DNA from: Rhodospirillales bacterium
GTDB taxonomy: Bacteria > Pseudomonadota > Alphaproteobacteria > Rhodospirillales > UBA2165
Length of the DNA stretch: 64,000 bases
Reading direction: 5' to 3'
Assembly (NCBI GenBank): GCA_022823235.1
Contig: JAJDXO010000059.1
Span: 45,393-109,392 of the forward strand
In this document: positions 18,773 through 28,499 of the stretch, one piece after another
Layout of the letters: every line of letters begins with the position of its first letter
How positions within the stretch are numbered: the stretch's first letter is position 1
Program-made: the position numbers and the translations under genes
The notes under the pieces: model-generated
What the model saw: only the letters and a program-made list of their open reading frames with translations
What the model was told of the DNA's origin: nothing
The model's database searches: none

Positions 18773-19990
18773 CTATCGACCCAATAGGGCCCGGCCGCCA
18801 TTGGTGCGGGCGATATCCCAGTTCAATCCGAACTGCCGGCTGCCGGTCTGGGCATCGCGGAAGCAGCGCTCCAGGAAACCGCCGCCGACCATCTCACTGG
18901 CGCCCGCCGCGTAGAAAACCCGGTCGATGGCTTTCAGGGCCAATTGGGCCACGAAGGCGTTGGCCAGGATTCCGGGGCCCCGCTCCGGCGGAAACGGCGC
19001 GTTGCCGCCGGGGGAGAAATCGATCCCGCCCTCGCCGGTGGGCGGCGGCGCCTTCTCAAGCTGTGCCATGACTTTTTTCACGTGGCTGCGCAGCAGGGTC
19101 TCCGCGGCGTCGACTTCCACCGCCGACTCGCCGATCCGCATCTGCATGCTCTGGAAATCGCCGATCCGGGCGCCGAAACGGGAGGCGCGTGACCGGGTCG
19201 TCTCAACGAAGTCGTCCACGGCGCCTCTGGCCAGGCCGACCATCACCGAGGCCAGCGAAAACGGCCCGCCCGGCGCGGTGACGCGAAACGCGGGCATGTC
19301 GATGATCCCGCCGGACGGCTTCCTGCCCGGGGAACGCACCCGGTGCTCGGGCACGAAGACGTTGTCGAATTTGATGTCGTGGCTGCCGGTTCCCGCCAAC
19401 CCAAGGGCGTCCCAGGTATCCAGAATCTCGATCTCGCTCTGTTTGACGATGGCGCCGATTGTTCCGTCCTCGCCGTCGACGGGCGCGCCGCCGATCAGCA
19501 CCCAGTCCGAATGCAGGCACCCGCTCGAGAAAGTGGAGACCCCGCTGCCCGCATAGCCGCCGTCCACTTTCCTGAAGCTCCCCTCGATGTGCTTGGACGA
19601 AGACATCAGGGCGTCGGGGTTTTCGCGCCAGATATCGTCCATGGCGTCGATGCCGAACCGGTTCATGATCAGTGCGTGCTGGCCGACGACGCCGTACACC
19701 CACCCGGTGGACCCGCAGGCGCGGGACAGAATCATGGCCAGTTCGCAGAACACGTCCCACCCCATCTCGTAGCCGCCATAGGCCCTGGGCTTGATCACGT
19801 TGAACAGGCCGGTCTCATGCAATGACCGCATGGTCTCCTCGGGGATGCGGCGCTCGGCCTCGCATCGGGCGGCGCGCTCGCGAATCTCCGGCACCAGCGC
19901 CAGCGCGCGCCGCATCAATTCATCGGGTGTCGGGATGTCGCGGGCGGCGGCGCCATCGCCGCCCTCGTCCTCGGCAGTAAACTGGTCCAC
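18773..19990 (-). CDS. Acyl-CoA dehydrogenase-fold flavin-dependent monooxygenase (HsaA/HpaB-C2/DszC-like)
   Basis: N-terminus after GTG 19990 is VDQFTAEDEGG...PTPDELMRRALALVPEIRERAARCEAERRIPEETMRSLHETGLFNV, typical of the group-D oxygenase or ACAD type-2 family. The longer track ORF (to 20332) has an implausible N-extension. Confidence 0.7.
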   Translation of the reverse strand: MDQFTAEDEGGDGAAARDIPTPDELMRRALALVPEIRERAARCEAERRIPEETMRSLHETGLFNVIKPRAYGGYEMGWDVFCELAMILSRACGSTGWVYGVVGQHALIMNRFGIDAMDDIWRENPDALMSSSKHIEGSFRKVDGGYAGSGVSTFSSGCLHSDWVLIGGAPVDGEDGTIGAIVKQSEIEILDTWDALGLAGTGSHDIKFDNVFVPEHRVRSPGRKPSGGIIDMPAFRVTAPGGPFSLASVMVGLARGAVDDFVETTRSRASRFGARIGDFQSMQMRIGESAVEVDAAETLLRSHVKKVMAQLEKAPPPTGEGGIDFSPGGNAPFPPERGPGILANAFVAQLALKAIDRVFYAAGASEMVGGGFLERCFRDAQTGSRQFGLNWDIARTNGGRALLGR

Positions 19991-20261
19991 GGAATTTTCC
20001 CCCCGGAAGAAATAAATCGGCTTGAAATGCGAACTTGAAAAATGAAATCGGAAATGAGTCGGGATTTCAGACGTAATTCTTAGCCGCTCCATCGGCCGAG
20101 GACAATCTGGTCGGGTCGGACCACGAACCGGCAAGCGGCGCCGAAACCGGGTTGGAACCGAAGGCAGGGCAATTTTTTCCATCACTTCAACCGGCATTGC
20201 GGGGCGCGCGATTCCGGGCCAAACTTCCCGCGTGAAGTGGACAAAACCAGGGAGGGCAAAG

Positions 20262-21845
20262 GTGACAGACCATACCGTCACCATCGACCGCTCGGCGTCG
20301 CCGGCGACACTCGATTTTTCCGATACCTTCAACTGCGCGGTCTACATGATCGACCGCCACCTGGCCGAGGGCCGCGGCGGCAAGGTTGCCTTCCGCGAGG
20401 CGCAGACGGGCCGCGACATCACCTTTGCCGAGTTGGCCGAAAACGTAAATCGCACCGGCAACGCGCTTCTGGAACTGGGCCTCGAGCCCGGCGAGCGCAT
20501 GCTGATGATGGTCACGGACTGTCACGAGTTCGTCTATCTGTTCTACGGCGCCATCAAGGCGGGGGTGATCCCAGTGCCGTTGAACACCCTGCTGCGGGCC
20601 AAGGACTACGCCTTCATGATCGGGAACGCCGAAGCCGCCGGCGTGATCTACTCGCCGGAATTCGCCGGCGAGGTGGAACCCGCCCTGGATGACAGTCCGC
20701 ACAAACCCGCCGTCGTCCTGCGGGTCGATGGAGACGGCGAAACACTGGCCGGCAGGATCGGGGCAGCCTCGGCGGAGTTCGAAGCCGCCGCTTCCGGCCC
20801 CATGGATGATTGCTTCTGGCTCTATTCCTCGGGCTCGACCGGCAACCCCAAGGGCGTGATCCACGTCCACCGGGATATCCCGGTTACCTGCGAGCACTAC
20901 GCCGTCGGCGTCCTCGGCTGGCGGGAAGACGATGTGGTGTTGTCCGCGGCCAAGCTGTTCTTCGCCTACGGCCTCGGCAATGCGATGAACTTCCCCCTGT
21001 GGATGGGCTCGACCGCCGTGTTGTTCGACGCCGCGCCGACGCCCCGGGGCATGCACGACACCATCGAGGCGTTCAAACCCACCATCTTCTTCGGCGTCCC
21101 TACCCTCTACGCGGCGCAATTGAAGGAGATGGAAGGGGGTGCATCGCCGGATCTGTCGTCGCTCAGGCTCTGCATCTCCGCCGGCGAGGCCCTGCCCCCG
21201 GATATATTGGATCGCTGGAAAGAGCGAATCGGCATCGACGTCCTGGACGGCATCGGCACCACGGAAATCCTGCACATCTTCATCTCCAACCGGCCGGGCG
21301 ACATCAAGCCGGGCGCGTCGGGCAAGCTGGTGCCGGGCTACGAGGCTCGGATCGTCGATGACGACGGCAATGACGTCCCCGGCGGCGAGGCCGGCGGGCT
21401 GATGATCCGGGGCGACTCGCTGCTCCGGGAATACTGGCGAAATCCCGAGAAAACCGCCGCCTCCCTCAAGGACGGGTGGATCGTCACCGGCGATACCTAC
21501 GAGCGGGACGAGAACGGCTTCTTTACCTGCCATGGGCGGTCGGACGACATGCTCAAGGTGGGCGGCATCTGGGTCTCGCCGGTGGAGATCGAGTTGAAAC
21601 TCTCCGAGCATCCCAAGGTGCTGGAGGCCGCCGTCGTAGGGCGGGCCGACGACGACGATCTGATCAAGCCCGAGGCCTTCGTTGTCCTGAACGAATCTTC
21701 GGATGCGGGCGATGATCTGGCGGACGAATTGCTCAATCACTGCAAGGATGGGCTCGCCCGCTACAAATATCCGCGCTGGTTCAACTTCGTCGACGACTTG
21801 CCAAAGACGGCGACCGGCAAAATTCAAAGGTTTCGCTTGAGATAA
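20262..21845 (+). CDS. Benzoate-CoA / 4-hydroxybenzoate-CoA ligase family (AMP-forming)
   Basis: AMP-binding motif LYSSGSTGNPKGVIHVH and the C-terminal KYPRWFNFVDDLPKTATGKIQRF. The overall pattern fits aromatic acid-CoA ligases. GTG 20262 has GGGAGGG upstream. Confidence 0.8.
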   Translation: MTDHTVTIDRSASPATLDFSDTFNCAVYMIDRHLAEGRGGKVAFREAQTGRDITFAELAENVNRTGNALLELGLEPGERMLMMVTDCHEFVYLFYGAIKAGVIPVPLNTLLRAKDYAFMIGNAEAAGVIYSPEFAGEVEPALDDSPHKPAVVLRVDGDGETLAGRIGAASAEFEAAASGPMDDCFWLYSSGSTGNPKGVIHVHRDIPVTCEHYAVGVLGWREDDVVLSAAKLFFAYGLGNAMNFPLWMGSTAVLFDAAPTPRGMHDTIEAFKPTIFFGVPTLYAAQLKEMEGGASPDLSSLRLCISAGEALPPDILDRWKERIGIDVLDGIGTTEILHIFISNRPGDIKPGASGKLVPGYEARIVDDDGNDVPGGEAGGLMIRGDSLLREYWRNPEKTAASLKDGWIVTGDTYERDENGFFTCHGRSDDMLKVGGIWVSPVEIELKLSEHPKVLEAAVVGRADDDDLIKPEAFVVLNESSDAGDDLADELLNHCKDGLARYKYPRWFNFVDDLPKTATGKIQRFRLR

Positions 21846-21863
21846 AGGTTATAAACATAAGAA

Positions 21864-22787
21864 ATGATTGAAAAAATTTGTTCTTTGAGTGACGCCGTCC
21901 GGGATCTGGTCCGGGATGGCGACGGCGTGGTCATCGGGGCCTCTCTCGAGACCGCCATCCCCTTCGCCGCCACCTATGAAATCATCCGTCAGGGAAAGAA
22001 GAACCTGGAGATGATCGCGCCCATCTCGGATGCGTCCACGGACATGCTGATCGGCGCGGGCTGCGTCGGCGCGGTGACCGGCGCCTGGGTCGGCAATGTT
22101 TCCGGCGGGCTTGGCCACAACTACCGCCGGGCCGCGGAAAAGCAGATTCCGCACGCCCTGGACATCAACGACTACTCCAACTTCACCATCGGCATGGCCC
22201 TGTTCGCCGGCGCCTATGGGCTGCCTTACGCGCCGGTGCGCTCGATCCTGGGCTCCGACATCATCAACTCCAACCCCGCCTTCAAGATGGCGACCAACCC
22301 TTTTTCCACCGAGACCGAGCCGGTGGTCCTGGTGCCGCCGGTTAAGCCGGATGTCGCGATTTTGGGCGTTCAGCGGGCCGATGCGGCGGGGAACAATCAT
22401 TATTGGGGCTCGTCGGGCCTCGCCCAGGAGGCGGCGCTGGCCGCCGAACGGGTGATCATCGTCGCCGACGAGATCGTCGAGCCGGATGTGATTTCGTCCG
22501 ATCCCTCGCGGGTCCTGGTGCCGGGATTCCGCGTCGCCGCCGTCTGCCATGTGCCGGCGGGCACCCACCCCGCCCCGCTTACCGGACGCTGGCAGCGGGA
22601 CAGCGCCTTTTTCAACGATTATCACGCACGCTCCCGCGACGTGGACGGCTACAAGGCGTGGCTCGATGAATGGGTGTTCGCCGTCGAGGGCGCGCCCGGC
22701 TATGCGAAAAAGCTCGGCGACCGATTGTCGGCGCTCAAGATCGCCGGCAGCCGGAACGCGGCTCATGCTAATTACGCCGCCGAGTAA
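21864..22787 (+). CDS. CoA-transferase family I, subunit A
   Basis: 307 aa starting MIEKICSLSDAVRDLVRDGDGVVIGAS, similar to glutaconate or 3-oxoacid CoA-transferase A subunits. It is followed by a B subunit. Confidence 0.8.
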   Translation: MIEKICSLSDAVRDLVRDGDGVVIGASLETAIPFAATYEIIRQGKKNLEMIAPISDASTDMLIGAGCVGAVTGAWVGNVSGGLGHNYRRAAEKQIPHALDINDYSNFTIGMALFAGAYGLPYAPVRSILGSDIINSNPAFKMATNPFSTETEPVVLVPPVKPDVAILGVQRADAAGNNHYWGSSGLAQEAALAAERVIIVADEIVEPDVISSDPSRVLVPGFRVAAVCHVPAGTHPAPLTGRWQRDSAFFNDYHARSRDVDGYKAWLDEWVFAVEGAPGYAKKLGDRLSALKIAGSRNAAHANYAAE

Positions 22788-22820
22788 GAATAAACAATAA
22801 ATAACAAATACTTACGCGAT

Positions 22821-23579
22821 ATGGCCGACTATTCCACCCAAGAGCTGATGATAATCGCGGCGGCGCGGGAGATCCGTGACGGCGAACTGGTGTTCGTCGG
22901 GATGCGCCTGCCGATCACCGCCTACGGCGTCGCCCGGCTGACCCACGCCCCCAACGCGGTCGGCATGTTCGAGGGCGGCGTGACGCGCTACGCGCCGGCG
23001 GAGGAAACCCTTTACACCATGTGCGATCCCGCCAATCAGCGGAACGCGGCGTGGACCACCGGCCTGATCCAGGTGATGGGACACCTGCAGGCGGGCCGGG
23101 TCGATACGGGCTTCATCGGCGGCGCCGAAATCGACAAGTGGGGCAATATCAACACCTCCTACATCGGCGGCCACGAGAACGTCCAGGTGAAGCTGCCCGG
23201 CTCCGGGGGCGCGGCGGACATCGCCGCCATGTCCAAGCGGCTGATCGCCATCATGAACCACGAGAAGCGCCGTCTGGTGGAGCGGGTCTCCTACATCACG
23301 TCCCCCGGCTACATCAATGGCGAGGGCGGACGCGCCAAAGCCGGGATCGCCGTCGGCGGCCCCGCCGCCGTGATTACCGACAAGGCGGTACTCCGGCCCC
23401 ACGGACCGGCGAACGAGCTACATCTATCGAGCGTGCATCCCGGCCACACGGCGGACGAGGTGATCGAAAACACCGGTTGGGAGCTGAAGACGGCCCCCGG
23501 CATGACCGAAACGCCGGCCCCCGGCGACGCCGAGATGACGGCGCTGCATCAGGTGGACCGGGAGGGGTTCTGGCGGTAG
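22821..23579 (+). CDS. CoA-transferase family I, subunit B
   Basis: 252 aa with ELMIIAAAREIRDGELVFVGMRLP and GSGGAADI. Confidence 0.8.
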   Translation: MADYSTQELMIIAAAREIRDGELVFVGMRLPITAYGVARLTHAPNAVGMFEGGVTRYAPAEETLYTMCDPANQRNAAWTTGLIQVMGHLQAGRVDTGFIGGAEIDKWGNINTSYIGGHENVQVKLPGSGGAADIAAMSKRLIAIMNHEKRRLVERVSYITSPGYINGEGGRAKAGIAVGGPAAVITDKAVLRPHGPANELHLSSVHPGHTADEVIENTGWELKTAPGMTETPAPGDAEMTALHQVDREGFWR

Positions 23580-23593
23580 GCGGCCGCCTCGGA

Positions 23594-24055
23594 TCAATCC
23601 TGGCCGGTGAATTCTATGGCGCCGCCGGGCAGCAAATAGAGCACAAGAGCCTCGCCGCCGGAGACCGTCGGCTTATGCGCCGAGTCGGGTTCGTAGACCA
23701 CCCAGCCGGCGCCGCTGCCGTCGAATTCGGCGTCGCCCGACAGCGGCATCACCATGTCCACCTCGCCATTGGGATGCCGGTGGTGCGGGCCGACCACATC
23801 CTTCATCCGAACCACATCGACGGAGAACCCGTCGATATCCTTGATCACCCGGCCGAACTTGATGCCGCCCATCTCCCGGTCGCACATCCACCCCTCGGCC
23901 ACCGCCGCCTCGCAGGCCGCCTGGATGGATTTGAACGTTGCGCCGTCGGCGGGAAACCGGGCGTTGAGTTCATCGGCCAGCGCGCCGGATACCTCCCTGC
24001 CGGAAATCGCGCCGGTGACCTCGCCGATTAGCGACTGAAAGTCTTCGAGTGACAT
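23594..24055 (-). CDS. Small conserved protein, possibly DUF4863 / cupin-like (4-hydroxylaminobenzoate-lyase-like family)
   Basis: 153 aa with the His-rich segment VVGPHHRHPNGEVDMVMP, suggestive of a metal-binding beta-barrel. The family assignment is from memory only. Confidence 0.45.
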   Translation of the reverse strand: MSLEDFQSLIGEVTGAISGREVSGALADELNARFPADGATFKSIQAACEAAVAEGWMCDREMGGIKFGRVIKDIDGFSVDVVRMKDVVGPHHRHPNGEVDMVMPLSGDAEFDGSGAGWVVYEPDSAHKPTVSGGEALVLYLLPGGAIEFTGQD

Positions 24056-24068
24056 GGTGTTCTCCCAT

Positions 24069-24515
24069 CTAAGTCATGCGTTTGCCGGCCGCCCGATAGG
24101 CCTCGATGTTTTCCCGGAAATCATCGGGCGGCCGCACCGGCTTGAACCCGTCCAGGCTAATGAAACAGGCGGTGTGATTGAACCTGAGATAGTGGTTCCC
24201 GTCATCTCCCACTGCATCGACGATGAAGCTGATCGAGGCGTTGCCCAGGCGTTCGACGAAGACGTGGAGATCGACTTCGCAGCCCGGCTTCAGGGGCTTC
24301 ATGAACTGGCATTCCTGCCTCACGCTCGGCATGGCCATGTGGCGCTCGTACTTCAAACCGCCGAAATCGAGGCCCAGCACCTTCAAGTACCATGCTTCGA
24401 GCGCCTCCAGCAGGTAGTCGTAGACCCGGACCGTGTAGATCATGCCCTCGGGGTCGCAATCGCCCCACCGGACCCGGCGGCGGTAGGAAAACGGAACGTC
24501 GGTATAGGGATTCAC
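24069..24515 (-). CDS. Hotdog-fold acyl-CoA thioesterase (4HBT/YbgC-like)
   Basis: VPFSYRRRVRWGDCDPEGMIYTVRVYDYLLEA, the typical 4HBT N-terminus with catalytic Asp. Start set to GTG 24515. The rest of the 344-aa track ORF is GC-artefact extension. Confidence 0.7.
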   Translation of the reverse strand: MNPYTDVPFSYRRRVRWGDCDPEGMIYTVRVYDYLLEALEAWYLKVLGLDFGGLKYERHMAMPSVRQECQFMKPLKPGCEVDLHVFVERLGNASISFIVDAVGDDGNHYLRFNHTACFISLDGFKPVRPPDDFRENIEAYRAAGKRMT

Positions 24516-24644
24516 GGGTAATCGCAGGTGAATTGTGGTTGTTCTGTCGGTGCGGCTTGAATATGATGCATCGCATATTGTTCGTCTACCAAACAATTTC
24601 AAAAAGACGGTTCGCGAACCGGACCGGCTACGGGATTTTGGATC

Positions 24645-25151
24645 ATGAGTGATGACGCGAAGCAATCGGTCGTGCGCTGTACCCTGAACGGGCGGCCGCG
24701 GCGTGATTTCGTCCCCGACAATATGCTGCTGGTGGATTTCCTGCGCGAGACCGTGGGCCTCACAGGGACAAAGATCGGCTGCGACGGTGGCGAGTGCGGC
24801 TGCTGCACGGTCCTGATCGACGGTGAGCCACGCCACGCCTGCCTCACCCTCGCCGCGGTTTGCGACGGCACCGAAATCGAGACCATCGAGAGCCTCGATA
24901 CCGGGGGCCGGCTGGCGGCGATCCAGCGCGGCTTCAACGAAAAGCTGGGCGCCCAATGCGGGTTCTGCACGCCGGGCATGGTGATGGCCGCCGAAGGCCT
25001 GCTGCGTGAAAACCCGAACCCGACCGACGACGACATCCGGGCGGGCCTCGCCGCCAACATCTGCCGCTGCACCGGATACGTGAAGATTCTCGAGGCGGTC
25101 CATTTCGCCGCCGACGAGCTTGCCGGGCGCAGCGAGGAGGCCGCGGCATGA
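24645..25151 (+). CDS. Molybdenum-hydroxylase small subunit, two [2Fe-2S] clusters (HcrC/CoxS-like)
   Basis: [11 protein letters not shown] and CGFCTPGM...CRCTGY motifs. 168 aa. Confidence 0.85.
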   Translation: MSDDAKQSVVRCTLNGRPRRDFVPDNMLLVDFLRETVGLTGTKIGCDGGECGCCTVLIDGEPRHACLTLAAVCDGTEIETIESLDTGGRLAAIQRGFNEKLGAQCGFCTPGMVMAAEGLLRENPNPTDDDIRAGLAANICRCTGYVKILEAVHFAADELAGRSEEAAA

Positions 25152-27514
25152 ACGAGATCAAAAAGGACGTCAAACCGGCGAAGGTCATCGGCGTTCCGCG
25201 GCCGCTGATCGACGGCCCGGAAAAAGTCTCCGGCAAGGCGCTCTACACGGCGGACTTCATCCCCTATGACCACATGGTGGGCCGGATTTTCCGGAGCCCC
25301 GTCGCCCACGCCAACATCGTCGAGGTGGATACCTCCAAGGCCGAAGCGCTGAAGGGCGTATTGGGCGTGGTCACCGGCGACGACTGCGACGAGGGGTTCG
25401 GCGTGCTCCCCATTGCCCGCTACGAATACCCCTTGGCCCGGGAACGGGTGCGCTATCGCGGCGAGCCCGTTGCCGCCGTGGCGGCGGTGGATGTCGAGAC
25501 CGCACAGAAGGCCCTCGACCTGATCGAGTTCAAGTACGAGGAACTCCCCTCCTACTTCACCTCCGAAGAAGCCATGGCCCCCGACGCCGTCTCGCTGCAC
25601 GAGCACCGGGAGGGTAACATCGAACGGGACGTGGATTACGATCTCGGCGATGTGGATGGCGGATTTGCCGACGCCGATCTCGTCCTGGAGCGCGAGTACA
25701 ATTGCGCGGAGATTTGCCAGGTCCAGTCCGAACCCCATGCGGCGATCGCCGAGTACGACGCCGAGCGGGACTACATGACGGTTCGCGCCTCCACCCAGGT
25801 GCCGTTCTACGTCCACCTGATGCTGGCCAAGACCCTCAAGATGGACCAGTCCCGCATCCGGATGATCAAGCCCCATATCGGCGGCGGATTCGGCTGCCGG
25901 ACCGAGTGCCTGAACGTCGAACTGATCTGCGCCCTCCTCGCCCGCAAGGCCAAGGGCACTGTGCGTCTGGTGGTCAACCGCGAGGAGACCTTCATCACCC
26001 ACCGCGGCCGGCCCGAGACCGACGTCAAGCTGAAGGTCGGAATGAAGAAGGACGGCACCATCACTGCCGTCGACTGCCAGGCCATCCAGCGGGGCGGCGC
26101 CTATGGCGGCTACGGTATCGTGACCATTCTCTACGCGGGCTCGCTGATCAACGGCATCTATCAACTGGATGCGGTCCGCTACAACGGTCTCCGGGTGCTG
26201 ACCAACACCCCGCCGCCGGGCGCCATGCGCGGTCACGGAACGGTGGATGTGCGCTACGGGTTCGAAGCGATTTTGGACGAACTCTCCGTCGAGCTCGGCC
26301 TCGACCCCATCGAGGTGCGGCGAAAGAACCTGCTCAAGGAGCCCTACGAAACCTTGAACGAGATGTTCATCAACTCGTACGGCCTGCCCGAAGCCCTCGA
26401 TATCGTCGAGAGGGAATCCGGCTGGAAGGACAAGCGCGGCAAGCCGGGCAAGGACGGCGACGGCAAGTATCGCGGCCTGGGCGTCGGATGCGCCCACTAT
26501 CCCTGCGGCGCCTCCAAGCCGGTCAACTGGACCGGTGAGCCCCACGCCACGGTTCACCTGAAACTGGATTGGGACGCGTCCATCACGGTGCTGACGGGCG
26601 CCCCTGAAATCGGTCAAGGCTCATCGACCATGGTCGCCCAGTGCGCCGCCGAGGTGCTTGGGCTCGACATGACCCGCTTTCAGGTTCACTCGGGCGACTC
26701 CAAACTGGTGCCCAAGGACAATGGCGCCTATTCGTCCCGGATCACCTACATGGTCGGCAACGCCTCCATCGAGGCGGCGCGGAACCTGAAGACCATTCTG
26801 ATCGAAGCGGCGGCGAAAAAGCTCGACGCCAAGCCCGAAGACATCGAGTGTCTGGGCGAGGTCTACCGGGCCGCCAGTCAGGACGAGGGCCTGACCTTCG
26901 AAGAAGTGGTGATGGCAGCGCTCGAGGGCACCGGCACTATCACCGTGAAGGGCAATTTCGACACGCTCCCCGAAAGCCACGGCACCAGGAAGTTCCGGGG
27001 CGGCGCCATCGGCGGCTCCATGGCCTATGCCTATGCCGCCGAGGTGGTGCAGGTCGCCGTCGATCCGGACACGGCCGAGGTCGAGGTCGAACAGGTCTGG
27101 GTCGCGCAGGATGTCGGCCGGGCGCTCAATCCGCTCTCGGTCGAAGGTCAGATCCAGGGTTCGGTCTGGATGGGCATGGGGCAGGCCTTCTGCGAGGGCA
27201 CCCGCTTCCACAACGGGCTGCCGATCACCGGCAATATGCTGGACTACCGGGTGCCGTCCATCGTCGAGTCGCCGCCCATCGACACCCATATCGTCGAAAG
27301 CGTCGACCCCAACGGCCCCTACGGCGCCAAGGAAGCGGGCGAAACGTCCCTCGCGGCGTTCATCCCCGCCTACACCAACGCCATCGCCGATGCCCTGGGC
27401 GTGCGGCCCATCGACCTTCCGGTCACGCCGGACCGGCTGATGGAGCTGATCGAGGCGAAGGAAACCGAAGAGCGGGTCGCGGCCGCCCAAGACTCGTCCG
27501 TGGCCGCGGAATAG
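25148..27514 (+). CDS. Molybdopterin-binding large subunit of a xanthine-dehydrogenase-family hydroxylase/reductase (HcrA-like)
   Basis: 788 aa with aldehyde-oxidase/xanthine-dehydrogenase a/b-hammerhead and MoCo-binding domain patterns (GGGFG, AYSSR, GAKEAGE). ATGA overlap with the small subunit. Confidence 0.85.
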   Translation: MNEIKKDVKPAKVIGVPRPLIDGPEKVSGKALYTADFIPYDHMVGRIFRSPVAHANIVEVDTSKAEALKGVLGVVTGDDCDEGFGVLPIARYEYPLARERVRYRGEPVAAVAAVDVETAQKALDLIEFKYEELPSYFTSEEAMAPDAVSLHEHREGNIERDVDYDLGDVDGGFADADLVLEREYNCAEICQVQSEPHAAIAEYDAERDYMTVRASTQVPFYVHLMLAKTLKMDQSRIRMIKPHIGGGFGCRTECLNVELICALLARKAKGTVRLVVNREETFITHRGRPETDVKLKVGMKKDGTITAVDCQAIQRGGAYGGYGIVTILYAGSLINGIYQLDAVRYNGLRVLTNTPPPGAMRGHGTVDVRYGFEAILDELSVELGLDPIEVRRKNLLKEPYETLNEMFINSYGLPEALDIVERESGWKDKRGKPGKDGDGKYRGLGVGCAHYPCGASKPVNWTGEPHATVHLKLDWDASITVLTGAPEIGQGSSTMVAQCAAEVLGLDMTRFQVHSGDSKLVPKDNGAYSSRITYMVGNASIEAARNLKTILIEAAAKKLDAKPEDIECLGEVYRAASQDEGLTFEEVVMAALEGTGTITVKGNFDTLPESHGTRKFRGGAIGGSMAYAYAAEVVQVAVDPDTAEVEVEQVWVAQDVGRALNPLSVEGQIQGSVWMGMGQAFCEGTRFHNGLPITGNMLDYRVPSIVESPPIDTHIVESVDPNGPYGAKEAGETSLAAFIPAYTNAIADALGVRPIDLPVTPDRLMELIEAKETEERVAAAQDSSVAAE

Positions 27515-27524
27515 GAGCCGGCCG

Positions 27525-28499
27525 ATGGAATACATGCCCGACTTCAAGCTCCACCGCCCCGACAACATCGAGGACGCGGTCAAGCTGCGCGCCGAGGAAC
27601 CGGATGCCCTGTTCGTCGCCGGCGGCACCGACATGATCGTCAACGTCCGGCGCGGCATCGAGCAGCCCAAACACCTGATCGATATCACCGCCATCCAGGA
27701 GCTGAAATCCATCCTCCCGGATGGCGACGGCCTGCACATCGGCGCCGGTGTTTCATTGAAGGAACTTCAATCCAACAAGGACGTGCTCCGCGATTACCCG
27801 GCGGTCGCAGAGGCCGCCCGGGCCGTGGCCGGACCGACCCACCAGGAGTACGGCACCGTCGGCGGCAATCTCTGCCTCGACACCAGATGCCTGTTCTATA
27901 ACCAGTCCGAATGGTGGCGGCAGTCCAATGACTACTGCCTCAAGAAGCGGGGCGATACCTGTCATGTGGCGCCGGGCGGGAAGCGCTGCTTCGCGGCGTT
28001 CTCCGGCGACGTTGCGCCCTCGCTTCTGGTCTATGGAGCGGAAATCGATGTGGTGGGCCCCAATGGGCGGCGCCGGATGCCGCTCACCGATCTCTACCGC
28101 AACGACGGCATGGGGCACCTGACCCTCGAGGCTGGTGACATGCTGACCGCGGTCCGCCTGCCGAAGGCGTTGGCCGGATCGCCCTCCAGGTACGAAAAGG
28201 CCCGGGTCCGCGGCTCCATCGATTTTCCGCTGGCCGGCGCCGCCGTCCGGCTGGAGATGGACGGCAAGACGGTGAAGGACTTCGTCGTCGCGCTCACCGC
28301 GGTGAACCCCTACCCCCAGATCGTCAAGCGCACCGATACCTATGTGGGCAGGGAACTCACCGAGGCGGCGCTCGATGAAATCCGCGAGCTGGTCCGCAAG
28401 CAGGCCAAACCCATGCGGACCACCACCGTCGCGCCCTGGTACCGCCGCCGCGTCGTCGGCGCCCTGGCCCGCCGCCTCACGGAGGAATTGGCCGGCTGA
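27525..28499 (+). CDS. FAD-binding medium subunit with extra four-Cys loop (HcrB-like, candidate [4Fe-4S] insertion)
   Basis: 324 aa with the FAD-binding segment FVAGGTDMIV. An insertion with C122-x15-C138-x7-C146-x8-C155 (27873-27989) is not present in ordinary CoxM/XdhB-type subunits as far as I recall. Confidence 0.8.
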   Translation: MEYMPDFKLHRPDNIEDAVKLRAEEPDALFVAGGTDMIVNVRRGIEQPKHLIDITAIQELKSILPDGDGLHIGAGVSLKELQSNKDVLRDYPAVAEAARAVAGPTHQEYGTVGGNLCLDTRCLFYNQSEWWRQSNDYCLKKRGDTCHVAPGGKRCFAAFSGDVAPSLLVYGAEIDVVGPNGRRRMPLTDLYRNDGMGHLTLEAGDMLTAVRLPKALAGSPSRYEKARVRGSIDFPLAGAAVRLEMDGKTVKDFVVALTAVNPYPQIVKRTDTYVGRELTEAALDEIRELVRKQAKPMRTTTVAPWYRRRVVGALARRLTEELAG

